In this document: positions 9,237 through 17,766 of the stretch, piece after piece
Layout: each line of letters begins with the position of its first letter
How positions within the stretch are numbered: position 1 is the first letter of the stretch
IMG/VR virus record: IMGVR_UViG_3300037840_000505
Length of the DNA: 64,000 bases
Source: an uncultured virus (IMG/VR IMGVR_UViG_3300037840_000505)
Lineage: Duplodnaviria > Heunggongvirae > Uroviricota > Caudoviricetes
Direction: 5' to 3' (one strand)
Notes under the pieces: model-generated
What the model was told of the DNA's origin: nothing
The model's input: only the letters and a program-made list of their open reading frames with translations
Database searches by the model: none
Program-made: the position numbers and the translations under genes

Positions 9237-12200
9237 GCCGCCCTCCGCTGCTGATCTCGCCGGTCCGGCAATGTCGCCGAAGGGAGGTCGCCAGGCAAGT
9301 CCTCGATGACGACGTCGAGCAGATTGAACGGCAGCGGCAGCGTCTGCTGCAAGGCAACCTGGCCGTTCTTGCTGACCCCGCCGCCGATCGGGATCTTGAC
9401 GTCTCCGGTATAGAGCGGTGTCGACGGGTTGGCGAAGGCTCCCGTGCCCAAATCGGGGAGGGTCGCGAGGTTCGACCAGAGGGGCGCGAGGATCGGCGGC
9501 GACATCGCGCTCCCGTCGGGCTGATTGGTCCCGGCCATGATCCCGGTTCCCGAGGCTTCGAGGCGCGCGGTGACTTCGGGGGTGATCTTTCTTTGCCCCT
9601 GGGATTGCAGGTCGGCGAGATAGAGGGTTTGGATCTGCGGGGTGAAGGCGAGCCCCACGGTGACCTGGCTCGCCGGGGTCGCGAGGGTGATCTCGCCCCC
9701 CGAGACGGTTACCGGCCCGATCGGCACGCCGTCGGCGATCCCCACGACGCTGTGCCCATTGAGATAATTGAGCCCCGAGATCGTCGTCACCGGCGCGGTC
9801 ATCGTCCATGTCCCCGGCTGGGCCGGGATCGCCAGGGTCGTCCCGGGGATCAATTGGGCGATCGGCTCGATGACATTGACGACGACGGCTTCCGAATTGG
9901 TGTAGGAAACGACAACGGCCTTCCCGCCCGAGGCAAGGCGGATGACATTGCCGACACTGCCCGAGGAGAAGACCCCGGCCGAACTGGTCCAAATCGCCTC
10001 GTTGTCGAGCGTCACGTTGCCGAAGAACCCTCCTCCCGTCCCGGCCGGGTCATCGATGATGAGCTTCGGGTTGAGGTAGCCCGTTCCGCCGGAAAACGCG
10101 ACCCCGGTAATGGCGCCCGTCGCCGGGTCGATCGTCAGGGTCGCGGTCGAACCGGTGCCGGGTCCGGGGTTGATCGTGCTGCCGTCGACGACGCTCGCGG
10201 TCGTGGCGCTCGAATAATTCTGGCCCTGGGCGACGATCTCCATGCCGTTCGGGGTTCCGACCCCCTGGACCGCCTGGAGCACCGCGTCCGGTGTGGGCTG
10301 GGCGAGCGCCAGCCCGCAATCGACGCACCAGGTATTTTCGGATTGCGACCAGAGCCGGTTGTCCATGCGCTCGATCGTATAGGCCGAGGACCCCGAAGGA
10401 CCGATAAAGCGCTCGACCGAGAGATACAAGGCATCGACCGGCGGCTCCGATACCGAGCACACGGTCTGGAAAAGCCCTTGGGTATCATGCCGGGCCCAGC
10501 CGATCACCTCCTGCTGCTTCAGATACGTGCACGAGAGCATCGCGCCGTCCGAGCGCGGTGCCCAGATCACGTAATTGGGTTCCTCGCACCAGGTCGCGTC
10601 CTTGATCGTGTAGCCGACAAAGAGTTGGGAGGAGAGCTCGGTGATATCGTCGCCGACCGGGTTGACGAAATAATTGTAGTTGTAGAGGAGGTCGCGGAAC
10701 CGGGTTCCCTTGGCCTGGAGGTAGATGATGTCGAGGTTGACCTTGATCGGGGCGACCGTCGCCGAGCAGCCTTCGTAGGCCTGCGGCAGCGCCTGCTGGG
10801 ATGAAGGCGTGATCGCCTGCGGGTTGATCGCCGACGATCCGACGCCGCCGATGGTAATCGCCGCGAGCCCGGTGAAGACGACGAGGCCGCCCGGCATCGG
10901 CACCATCGCCTGGACGCCGTTGACCTCGACCGACCACGGATTGCCGGTGATCGCATCCGACGGGATCGTCGGGATCCGGCTGTCGAAATTGAGGTAGCGC
11001 CCCGGCTGCGACATCCAGTAGGTGTCGGGGTTGTTGAGCGAAGCGGCATAGACCCTGCGCTGCTGGAAATAGGCCGGGACCCCGGGATAGTTCCCCTGCT
11101 GCGCTCCGAATTCGAAAGTGGCGGTCGGGGCCGTGCCGCTCCCGACCGAGAAGGTGATGGTGTCGGTGAGGGCATAGCCCTTCCCGGCGTTGGTCACGAC
11201 AAAATTGGTCATGACCCCGCCGACCAGCACCGCGTACCCGGCAAACCCGCTCCCGGTCGAAGTCGTGACCGCAAAGGTGAGGGCGGTGATCGATGCGCCG
11301 CCGCTGGTGACGTCGAGCCCGATGATCGACCCGTTGGCGAAGGGATTGTTGTTGAGCGGCGGCACCTGCTGGAAATCGGGAATCGTCGAGGTATTGACGA
11401 TCGAGGTGCCGTAGCTCTGCTCGAGAAACCCGTAGAGCGCGCCGAAGGGAACGCTCGTGTCATAGGCCGGGGGCGCCTGGTAGACGTTGTAATAGAGCGC
11501 CCCCGGGACCGGGTTCCAGCTGACCGTGATCGATCCGAGGGCGGCTTGCAGGTTCTCGCAGTTGGTCGCTTCGCCAAAGGCCGAGGCGACGCTTTCATCG
11601 CCGTTCGAATTGACCGCCGTGATGACAAAGGCATAGGCCGTCTCGGCGGTGTTGGTCGGGGTAACCGTCGGCGTGCCCGAAGGCGGCGAGAGCGCTTCGC
11701 CGATCGCCGCCGTGGCGATCGACCAATCGTTGTTGGCGCTGCGCACCAGGTCCTGCGGCGGGTATTCCACCCCCGCCGGCTGGTTGACGCAGCAGATCGA
11801 CATGGTGTCGGCCGATTGCGTGACCTTGAGATAGGCGATATCCGAATCGGCGTAAGGGGTAGCAAGGGTATAGATCCGCGCCGCGGTCCCGCCCGATGTG
11901 TAGGCCCCGAACCCGGTCGTATTGATGTTGTTGCCGAAGACGTCCTGCAGCGTGTAATGCGCAGAAGAAGTCCGGGTCACCACATAGGTCTCGCCGTTGA
12001 CCTGGGTCATCCCGCCGACCCCGGTCAGATAGACCCAATCTCCCGTTGCAAACGCATCCGACGACATCACGAGAACGCCGGGATTGGCATTGGAGATCGA
12101 GGTGATCGCGACCGGGGTCTCGGTCACAAAGGCGCCGTCCTGGATGACGCGCATGTAGGCGTTGCCGAATTCCAGCGCCAAGGCCTCGTTGATCGCGAAG

Positions 12201-12418
12201 GAGAAGGTGATCAGTTTCGGCGGGTAGGCCCTCCCGGTCTGTTTCGAATATCCGACAAAGGCGGTGCCGGCGCGGCTGTAGGCGCCGCCGCGGTATCCCA
12301 CCTGGAGGTTGCGCATGGTGGATGCGCCGCTTTTGTACTTCGCAAACTCCGGGCGCCCGTAGAGCGCGGGAGCAAGCTCGCCGGAGGTGAAACTGAATTG
12401 GCCGAACGGAACGGACAC
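9233..12418 (-). CDS. Tail tubular protein B / nozzle (T7 gp12-like)
   Basis: 1061 aa. QFSFTSGELAPALYGR, ALEFGNAYMRV, YPGVPAYFQQR, MSQPGRYLNF, QEVIGWARH, VDCG motifs. Confidence 0.9.
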   Translation of the reverse strand: MSVPFGQFSFTSGELAPALYGRPEFAKYKSGASTMRNLQVGYRGGAYSRAGTAFVGYSKQTGRAYPPKLITFSFAINEALALEFGNAYMRVIQDGAFVTETPVAITSISNANPGVLVMSSDAFATGDWVYLTGVGGMTQVNGETYVVTRTSSAHYTLQDVFGNNINTTGFGAYTSGGTAARIYTLATPYADSDIAYLKVTQSADTMSICCVNQPAGVEYPPQDLVRSANNDWSIATAAIGEALSPPSGTPTVTPTNTAETAYAFVITAVNSNGDESVASAFGEATNCENLQAALGSITVSWNPVPGALYYNVYQAPPAYDTSVPFGALYGFLEQSYGTSIVNTSTIPDFQQVPPLNNNPFANGSIIGLDVTSGGASITALTFAVTTSTGSGFAGYAVLVGGVMTNFVVTNAGKGYALTDTITFSVGSGTAPTATFEFGAQQGNYPGVPAYFQQRRVYAASLNNPDTYWMSQPGRYLNFDSRIPTIPSDAITGNPWSVEVNGVQAMVPMPGGLVVFTGLAAITIGGVGSSAINPQAITPSSQQALPQAYEGCSATVAPIKVNLDIIYLQAKGTRFRDLLYNYNYFVNPVGDDITELSSQLFVGYTIKDATWCEEPNYVIWAPRSDGAMLSCTYLKQQEVIGWARHDTQGLFQTVCSVSEPPVDALYLSVERFIGPSGSSAYTIERMDNRLWSQSENTWCVDCGLALAQPTPDAVLQAVQGVGTPNGMEIVAQGQNYSSATTASVVDGSTINPGPGTGSTATLTIDPATGAITGVAFSGGTGYLNPKLIIDDPAGTGGGFFGNVTLDNEAIWTSSAGVFSSGSVGNVIRLASGGKAVVVSYTNSEAVVVNVIEPIAQLIPGTTLAIPAQPGTWTMTAPVTTISGLNYLNGHSVVGIADGVPIGPVTVSGGEITLATPASQVTVGLAFTPQIQTLYLADLQSQGQRKITPEVTARLEASGTGIMAGTNQPDGSAMSPPILAPLWSNLATLPDLGTGAFANPSTPLYTGDVKIPIGGGVSKNGQVALQQTLPLPFNLLDVVIEDLPGDLPSATLPDRRDQQRRAA

Positions 12419-12448
12419 GGGCTATGCTCGCCGCACCAGGAGGGTTCG

Positions 12449-13333
12449 ATGATGCGGATTATCCGAGTGTTCCCACGCAAGACCCGCGCGACACCCGACG
12501 ATCCCCTCAGTTATTTTGGACCGCCCGACCTCTTTGCCGAGGCGGACGAAATCCACGTCTCGGTCACCTTTAGCTACGATAAGGTGCGGGCCGAGCAGCT
12601 GGCCGACCAATGGCGCTTTGTTGCTCCGGTGAAGATCGGCGGCGTCGCCTATGGCGATACGAGCCTTGAATTTATCCCCGGTCGTTACATCAAACCCGGT
12701 TACACGATCACTTCGCGCGGCTGCCCGCGCCGCTGCTACTTCTGCGACGTCTGGCGCAAATGGCCCACGACCAACGCGCTGCCGATCCACGATGGCTGGA
12801 ACATCCTCGACGACAACCTTCTCGCCGCGCCGCGTTCCCACGTCGAGGCCGTGTTCGATATGCTGCGACGACAGAAGAAGCGAGATTGGCCGGGCTGGGA
12901 CGGTCGCCTCGAATTCACCGGCGGCTTGGAGGCGCTTGCCCTCGAAGACTACCAAGTAGGATTGCTCGCCAATCTTCGGCCGCGCCCGAATATGTTCTTC
13001 GCCTATGATCCAGGCGACACCTTTGACACGCTGGAAAGCGCCGCGCGACGACTGCTGGCGGCAGGGTTCACGGCGCGCTCGCACCGCCTGCGGTGTTACG
13101 TCCTGATCGGCGGAGCAAAGGACACGTTGGAAAAAGCCGAGATGCGGTTGCGCGCGATGATCGGCCTTGGGTTCACACCCTTTGCAATGCTCTGGAAGCC
13201 GTCGAAACCGGCCGAGGAGCGTCTTCGCCCGGGGCCGGAATGGCACCGGTTCCAGCGCGAATGGGCGCGGCCCGCGATCATCCATGGCGAGATATCCAAA
13301 ATTCATCCTGGGCTGTTCGAAGACGACGCCTAA
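12449..13333 (+). CDS. Radical SAM protein (class B-like N-terminus), antisense to the virion operon
   Basis: SD AGGAGG; TSRGCPRRCYFC (CxxxCxxC), ILDDNLLA, FTGGLEA, VKIGG. Confidence 0.85.
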   Translation: MMRIIRVFPRKTRATPDDPLSYFGPPDLFAEADEIHVSVTFSYDKVRAEQLADQWRFVAPVKIGGVAYGDTSLEFIPGRYIKPGYTITSRGCPRRCYFCDVWRKWPTTNALPIHDGWNILDDNLLAAPRSHVEAVFDMLRRQKKRDWPGWDGRLEFTGGLEALALEDYQVGLLANLRPRPNMFFAYDPGDTFDTLESAARRLLAAGFTARSHRLRCYVLIGGAKDTLEKAEMRLRAMIGLGFTPFAMLWKPSKPAEERLRPGPEWHRFQREWARPAIIHGEISKIHPGLFEDDA

Positions 13334-14241
13334 TACGCCGCCCCCGCATCACAGATTCCACCAATACCACCCCACCCGTATCCGAAGACACCGGGCCCAT
13401 CGCCCCAGCCCCAGCCGCCATAACCAGTGCCTAGACGGCGCGCGGTAATCCATTCCGCTTCCCTGGCGACCGAGGGCCAGCCTTCGTCCCCGTCCCGCAC
13501 CCTAGCCTGGCCGATCGCCTTGGCGGCGATCTGGATATTTTCCGCCCGGATGGCTCGACCCTCTTTCTTGTCCGGGTGGAGGGTCCACATCCTCACCGCG
13601 AGGAGGGCGACGAAGGCTTCCTCGAATAGCGAATCCCACAGGCTCGGATAGGGCACGAACCGGGTATAGACGAGTTCGGCGCAGGAGACGTTGGTCAAGA
13701 TGACCGTGCGCTCGTTGATCGCCTGGCCGCGGAAGTTCCACCATTGGGGGGGCGGACCATCGGGCGACGCGTTCAAGGGATAGTTGGTGTCGTTCGCCAC
13801 CAGCATCCGCGCCGGCATGATGACCGGCGGCGTCTGGAACGGCAGGGCGCCCGTGGTCGGGGGCTGCGGCGGGACGTTGGTGTTGCCCGGAACCCCGGCG
13901 CCTTGCGGGGTTGAATTGTTCCACGGCACGAACCGCGCGGCGAGGCAGTCGATCGGCCAGGCGTATTCGTAGGTCCAGGGCGGAATGACCTGGGTCCCGA
14001 CCCCTTCCTGCTGCTGCTCTTCGGACAGCCAGCCGCACGCCGCGCCGAGGAGCTGCATCGGCGCCTGGGCCCGGGCGAAGTTCCAGTAAGCAGCGCGCAG
14101 CAATTGCTCGAGCGAGGGGATGTAGTGCCGCAGCGCCACCTGGGCCGCTGTCGTGCTCGGACTGCTGAGCGAGCCGATCTGCTGGTCGGAGCAGCCGGCA
14201 TCGTCCAAGGCGCGGTTGACCAAATCCTCGGGGAGTGACAT
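13330..14241 (-). CDS. Tail tubular protein A / head-tail adaptor paralog 1
   Basis: VNRAL...LLRAAYWNFA...YEYAWPIDCL...WDSLFEEAFVALLA. Confidence 0.8.
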   Translation of the reverse strand: MSLPEDLVNRALDDAGCSDQQIGSLSSPSTTAAQVALRHYIPSLEQLLRAAYWNFARAQAPMQLLGAACGWLSEEQQQEGVGTQVIPPWTYEYAWPIDCLAARFVPWNNSTPQGAGVPGNTNVPPQPPTTGALPFQTPPVIMPARMLVANDTNYPLNASPDGPPPQWWNFRGQAINERTVILTNVSCAELVYTRFVPYPSLWDSLFEEAFVALLAVRMWTLHPDKKEGRAIRAENIQIAAKAIGQARVRDGDEGWPSVAREAEWITARRLGTGYGGWGWGDGPGVFGYGWGGIGGICDAGAAY

Positions 14242-14283
14242 TTAGGGCGCTGGATCCTTATCGTCGATTAGGGAGGATTTGAG

Positions 14284-14466
14284 ATGAATCGAGACGATCG
14301 CGCTCGGTTGGCGTTTCTCGCGGGCCATACCTTGGCCTTTGCAATAGTCGCGATCTTTGCCGCGCTAAACGGGCCAGTCCACTATTTAGGGCCGGCCGTC
14401 TTAGCCTTGATCGGGTGCGGTAGTATCGGTTTCGCGGTTTGGGAAAGCCGTCGCTGGACACGTTAA
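14284..14466 (+). CDS. Small two-TM membrane protein (antisense moron)
   Basis: SD GGAGG; two hydrophobic stretches; lower GC. Confidence 0.6.
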   Translation: MNRDDRARLAFLAGHTLAFAIVAIFAALNGPVHYLGPAVLALIGCGSIGFAVWESRRWTR

Positions 14467-14482
14467 ATTACAATAACACCCG

Positions 14483-15142
14483 CTACCCCTGCCGGCTGAC
14501 CGCGACTGCGCGCTCCTCCTGCGCCAGGGCGATATCGACCTTCTGCGCTTCGATCTGCGCCTGGTCGGCGCCGCTGAGGGAGGGCGCGACCCGTCGGCCG
14601 AGCTCGTCGGTCAGGAGCTCGACAAACCCGACATCCCATTGCGTCATGTCGGTCACCTGCCGCAGGTACGTCGCGACCGCCGAAGGGACATAGCACAGGA
14701 TGACCCGCGCTGGCGCATTCTCCTGATCGGGGAGCGGCGTGGCGTCATTGGCGATTTCGTAGGGGTGCGCCGTGGGGAGGAAATTGGGCACGAAATTGAC
14801 CGGCGGGTTGACCGAGCGGATCAGCAGCGCATCTTCCGGGTATTCGTATTCGAAGAGGTAGGGAGGGGGCGGGTTGGTGGCGGGGTTCCACGGCTTGAGC
14901 CCCGGTGCCGAGCCGTAGCCTCCGGACGGCGCCGCTTTGAGGAGCGTCAGATTTGCGTCTCCCCGGGGAAACCCCCAATCACTCTGCCGCAGGATGGCAT
15001 CGCGGGTCTGCGCGTAAAGCGCGAGGAAAGCCTTGGAAGGCTGCGAGCCTTCGAACATAAAGCCGATGCGTTTCCCGCGCCAGCCGAGCTTGACCAGCGC
15101 GATGTTGCAGAGGTCCATGGCGCTGTTGACCGAGGCTACCAT
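14483..15142 (-). CDS. Tail tubular protein A / adaptor paralog 2
   Basis: CNIALVKLG...RDAILRQSDWGF...FEYEYPEDALLIR...WDVGFVELL. Confidence 0.8.
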   Translation of the reverse strand: MVASVNSAMDLCNIALVKLGWRGKRIGFMFEGSQPSKAFLALYAQTRDAILRQSDWGFPRGDANLTLLKAAPSGGYGSAPGLKPWNPATNPPPPYLFEYEYPEDALLIRSVNPPVNFVPNFLPTAHPYEIANDATPLPDQENAPARVILCYVPSAVATYLRQVTDMTQWDVGFVELLTDELGRRVAPSLSGADQAQIEAQKVDIALAQEERAVAVSRQG

Positions 15143-15726
15143 CAGCCGTCCCGCATGATCGCCGCCTGCGTCGTCCGCGCCCCCTGGTCGCCGTATTCAC
15201 GCAGGAGGTCGGGCTTCCCGACCCCCGCCATCGCGAGTTTCGCAGCGATGCCCTGGATGACCGCTTCCTGGAACAAGGCATCCCACAGGGCCTCGGGCGG
15301 CGCGTTGGAGATGCTCGCCATGGCATCGGCGAGAAAGGTCCAGATGACCTTGGTCGGGATCCCGGAGATCGTCCGGTTGCCGACATTGAAATTGGTCGGG
15401 AGCGGGTTGTGCGGATCACCGCCCGAGGGAGGATAGAGATCGCGCACCTCGATCCCCATCGGCGGGTAGAGGTATTCCCGGGTGAAGGGATAGGGCGCGG
15501 ATCCCCCCGATGGGGTGAGGCTCATCAGGTTGAGCGAAAAATCGAACCCGAATTCCCGCCCGACCGCGTAGAAGACTTCCTGGTAGACCGCCCCCGCCGC
15601 GATCCCCAGGGTCGTGTTATCGAAGAGCGGCGGGGTCCCGGTGAGCGGACCCTGATTATTGAACCCGCCGATAAGTTGGATCGCGGCGTTCGCGACCGCG
15701 GCCGGTGTCGTGAAGGCAGCCGCCAT
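15142..15726 (-). CDS. Tail tubular protein A / adaptor paralog 3
   Basis: ANAAIQLIG...GREFGFDF...REYLYP...WDALFQEAVIQGIA. Confidence 0.75.
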   Translation of the reverse strand: MAAAFTTPAAVANAAIQLIGGFNNQGPLTGTPPLFDNTTLGIAAGAVYQEVFYAVGREFGFDFSLNLMSLTPSGGSAPYPFTREYLYPPMGIEVRDLYPPSGGDPHNPLPTNFNVGNRTISGIPTKVIWTFLADAMASISNAPPEALWDALFQEAVIQGIAAKLAMAGVGKPDLLREYGDQGARTTQAAIMRDG

Positions 15727-17193
15727 CTATTGGCAAAGTCCCTGAAGCGTCCATGCCGGAAGCTGGCCGTTGAGCGTGCATATCCACTTCGGCGTCAGTC
15801 CGCTATCACGAGCGATAGCGGTTGACGAAACCTGAGACCAGGGCAGAGCGCCCATCGCATAGGCCGCACTGTTGGTCGGCAACAAAGCGGCAAGGATCGC
15901 GGCCACCTGCGTGCAGGCAAACATCGTCGCCGCGCTCCCGCAGCTCGGCGCCGTCGAAGCTGGCGTGCCGGCAAAGCTGGGTGACTGGCCGAGGATGTTG
16001 CTGTTGCCGTTTGCGAAGCCCAGGAGAGGAGTGTTGGCGCTGGCGTGGTTACCGCCGACGCCGAGGATGAAGTTGTAGTCGGCGGTAACGCTCGTGTCGG
16101 CGTGATAGCTCTCCAGGCCGTAGGCCGGTGCTCCGGTCTGCGTTCCGACCGTTGCTTGAATAAGGTTGCCGCGCGCCTCGGAGAACAAGACTGATACGAA
16201 GTCAATCTCGCCGTCGAAGCCGGGCGACCCGCCGCTCGCGTCTTGCAGGTTTCCGTAGCAAGTGTTGTGGGCATAGACCAGTCGCGCGCCGCCGTTCTGA
16301 CCGCCGTTCGTATAGTTGTTGGCACCATTTACGCAATAGCCGGCGTTGTTGAACAGCACGTTCCCAACAGCAGCACCGAGCCCGTGGTATGGGTTCGCGA
16401 GTGGGGTCTGCGAGCCGTCGAACGTGTCGAACTTCAATCCTCCGTTGTCGGTGTGGCAGGGCGGCGTCGGCAGGCCCGTGCTCCACGCGACGTTATAGGC
16501 GACAAAAATGTGCGCGCCATCGAGGTTGTCGGTGGCCACCGGCTCATAGATGTTGAGGGCGGCGCCGCAGTTGAAAATCTGCCCGGCGCGATAAACGACG
16601 TTGTACCAGAAAGCGGAATAGTCAACGCCCGCCGGCCCGGTCGCGCCAAGGTACGGGACGGCACTGATGCCGTCGCCCTGGCAGATGTTTACGATATTGC
16701 CGACCGCTCCGACGTTGTGGATACTCGTGCTGCTGGTGTTGGGCCAGAAGGTCATGCAGCCGTTGCCGCCAGCGGCCGACGTAAACTCAAAGTTGGTTAC
16801 CACGAAGTTCGAGACGCCGACGGTGATGTTGTAGGTGCTGCTTGACGCGTTCGTGTCGAAACAGCCGTCGTAAACCCACCCGCCCGGCCCGGTACCGCAG
16901 GAAAGAACAACAGCGAGCGACCCATTGGCCGCCGGGCACGTCGCGGGCGCGGTCGTAACCGTGAGGTTGGTTGGCGTGTAGCCGGCTCCTACCGCAGCCC
17001 ATATATTGTCACCGCACGCTGCGCCAGCGGACATTACGCTGTTGAGCGATAACTTCGGGGTCGCAGCGGACGTGCCGTTGTTGCTGTCGCTGCCGGCCGG
17101 CGACATTGCTGCCGTGGCAATGTACCAATTGGCCGCGTGCGCAGGACACGCGAGAACTCCCGCGAGCAGCAGAGCAAGAAGGAACCTCTTCAT
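15727..17193 (-). CDS. Right-handed beta-helix (depolymerase-like) protein with Sec signal peptide
   Basis: MKRFLLALLLAGVLACPAHA/ANWY; GSDSNNGTSAATP motif; Asn-ladder repeats (YNVVY, GNVLFNN, HNTCYGN). Confidence 0.75.
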   Translation of the reverse strand: MKRFLLALLLAGVLACPAHAANWYIATAAMSPAGSDSNNGTSAATPKLSLNSVMSAGAACGDNIWAAVGAGYTPTNLTVTTAPATCPAANGSLAVVLSCGTGPGGWVYDGCFDTNASSSTYNITVGVSNFVVTNFEFTSAAGGNGCMTFWPNTSSTSIHNVGAVGNIVNICQGDGISAVPYLGATGPAGVDYSAFWYNVVYRAGQIFNCGAALNIYEPVATDNLDGAHIFVAYNVAWSTGLPTPPCHTDNGGLKFDTFDGSQTPLANPYHGLGAAVGNVLFNNAGYCVNGANNYTNGGQNGGARLVYAHNTCYGNLQDASGGSPGFDGEIDFVSVLFSEARGNLIQATVGTQTGAPAYGLESYHADTSVTADYNFILGVGGNHASANTPLLGFANGNSNILGQSPSFAGTPASTAPSCGSAATMFACTQVAAILAALLPTNSAAYAMGALPWSQVSSTAIARDSGLTPKWICTLNGQLPAWTLQGLCQ

Positions 17194-17194
17194 T

Positions 17195-17437
17195 CTACTT
17201 GTCCTGCACACAGAAATTGACATCGGTGCGCCTGGAGTAGTCGGTCGGGTCTACCGAACCCCGGATGCTGCCTTTCAACCGCTCGCACTCGGCAGCCGTC
17301 AACGCGTTGATCTGGCTTGTTCGGCCATCGGCCCAGGTGCGCACGAGGGTCCAGTCGCGTGGGCCAGCGTGAAGCGGGTTTTCCTGCGCATGCGCAACCG
17401 AGGCCGCGAGCAGCAGAGCGAGGAGAAGCCGTTTCAT
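17195..17437 (-). CDS. Small secreted protein with two Cys
   Basis: MKRLLLALLLAASVAHA/QEN. Confidence 0.65.
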   Translation of the reverse strand: MKRLLLALLLAASVAHAQENPLHAGPRDWTLVRTWADGRTSQINALTAAECERLKGSIRGSVDPTDYSRRTDVNFCVQDK

Positions 17438-17766
17438 CAATGCGCTCCGGTAAACGTGACGCCCGCGATCGCCGTCGCCTCGGCTTGGCCTTGCAAATAC
17501 TGGAGCCCAAAGGCGTCAAGCGCCTGCGACATGATCTGTGTCGCTTCCGTCCATTCCTGGAGGCTCGTAGGCGAGGCATTGCCGGCGGCGATCAGCGGGG
17601 CTGCAAGAGCCGTATTCAGCAGCGTGGCGTCGGCGGTGCTGATGCAGGTTGTGGCAGTAAGGTTGGCCGGTTGGATCGTGAACGTGATGGTCTGGAACGC
17701 GCAGGCCGCGTAGGCGCCGCGCTCGGCCAGCAAGACGAACAGAGCCGCTATGAGGAGCTTTTTCAT
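17437..17766 (-). CDS. Small secreted protein
   Basis: MKKLLIAALFVLLAERGAYA/AC; TGATG coupling. Confidence 0.65.
   Translation of the reverse strand: MKKLLIAALFVLLAERGAYAACAFQTITFTIQPANLTATTCISTADATLLNTALAAPLIAAGNASPTSLQEWTEATQIMSQALDAFGLQYLQGQAEATAIAGVTFTGAH

Noticed and set aside
12419..12440. Degenerate copy of the adaptor gene 3' end upstream of the radical SAM gene
   Set aside because: Only about 10 scattered matching bases; too weak to call a junction duplication.
11546..12448. N-terminal extension of the radical SAM ORF to 595 aa
   Set aside because: Antisense to the nozzle gene; the SD supports a start at 12449.
14464..14478. CtrA-like TTAA-N7-TAAC
   Set aside because: Second half-site is misregistered, and it lies between convergent genes.
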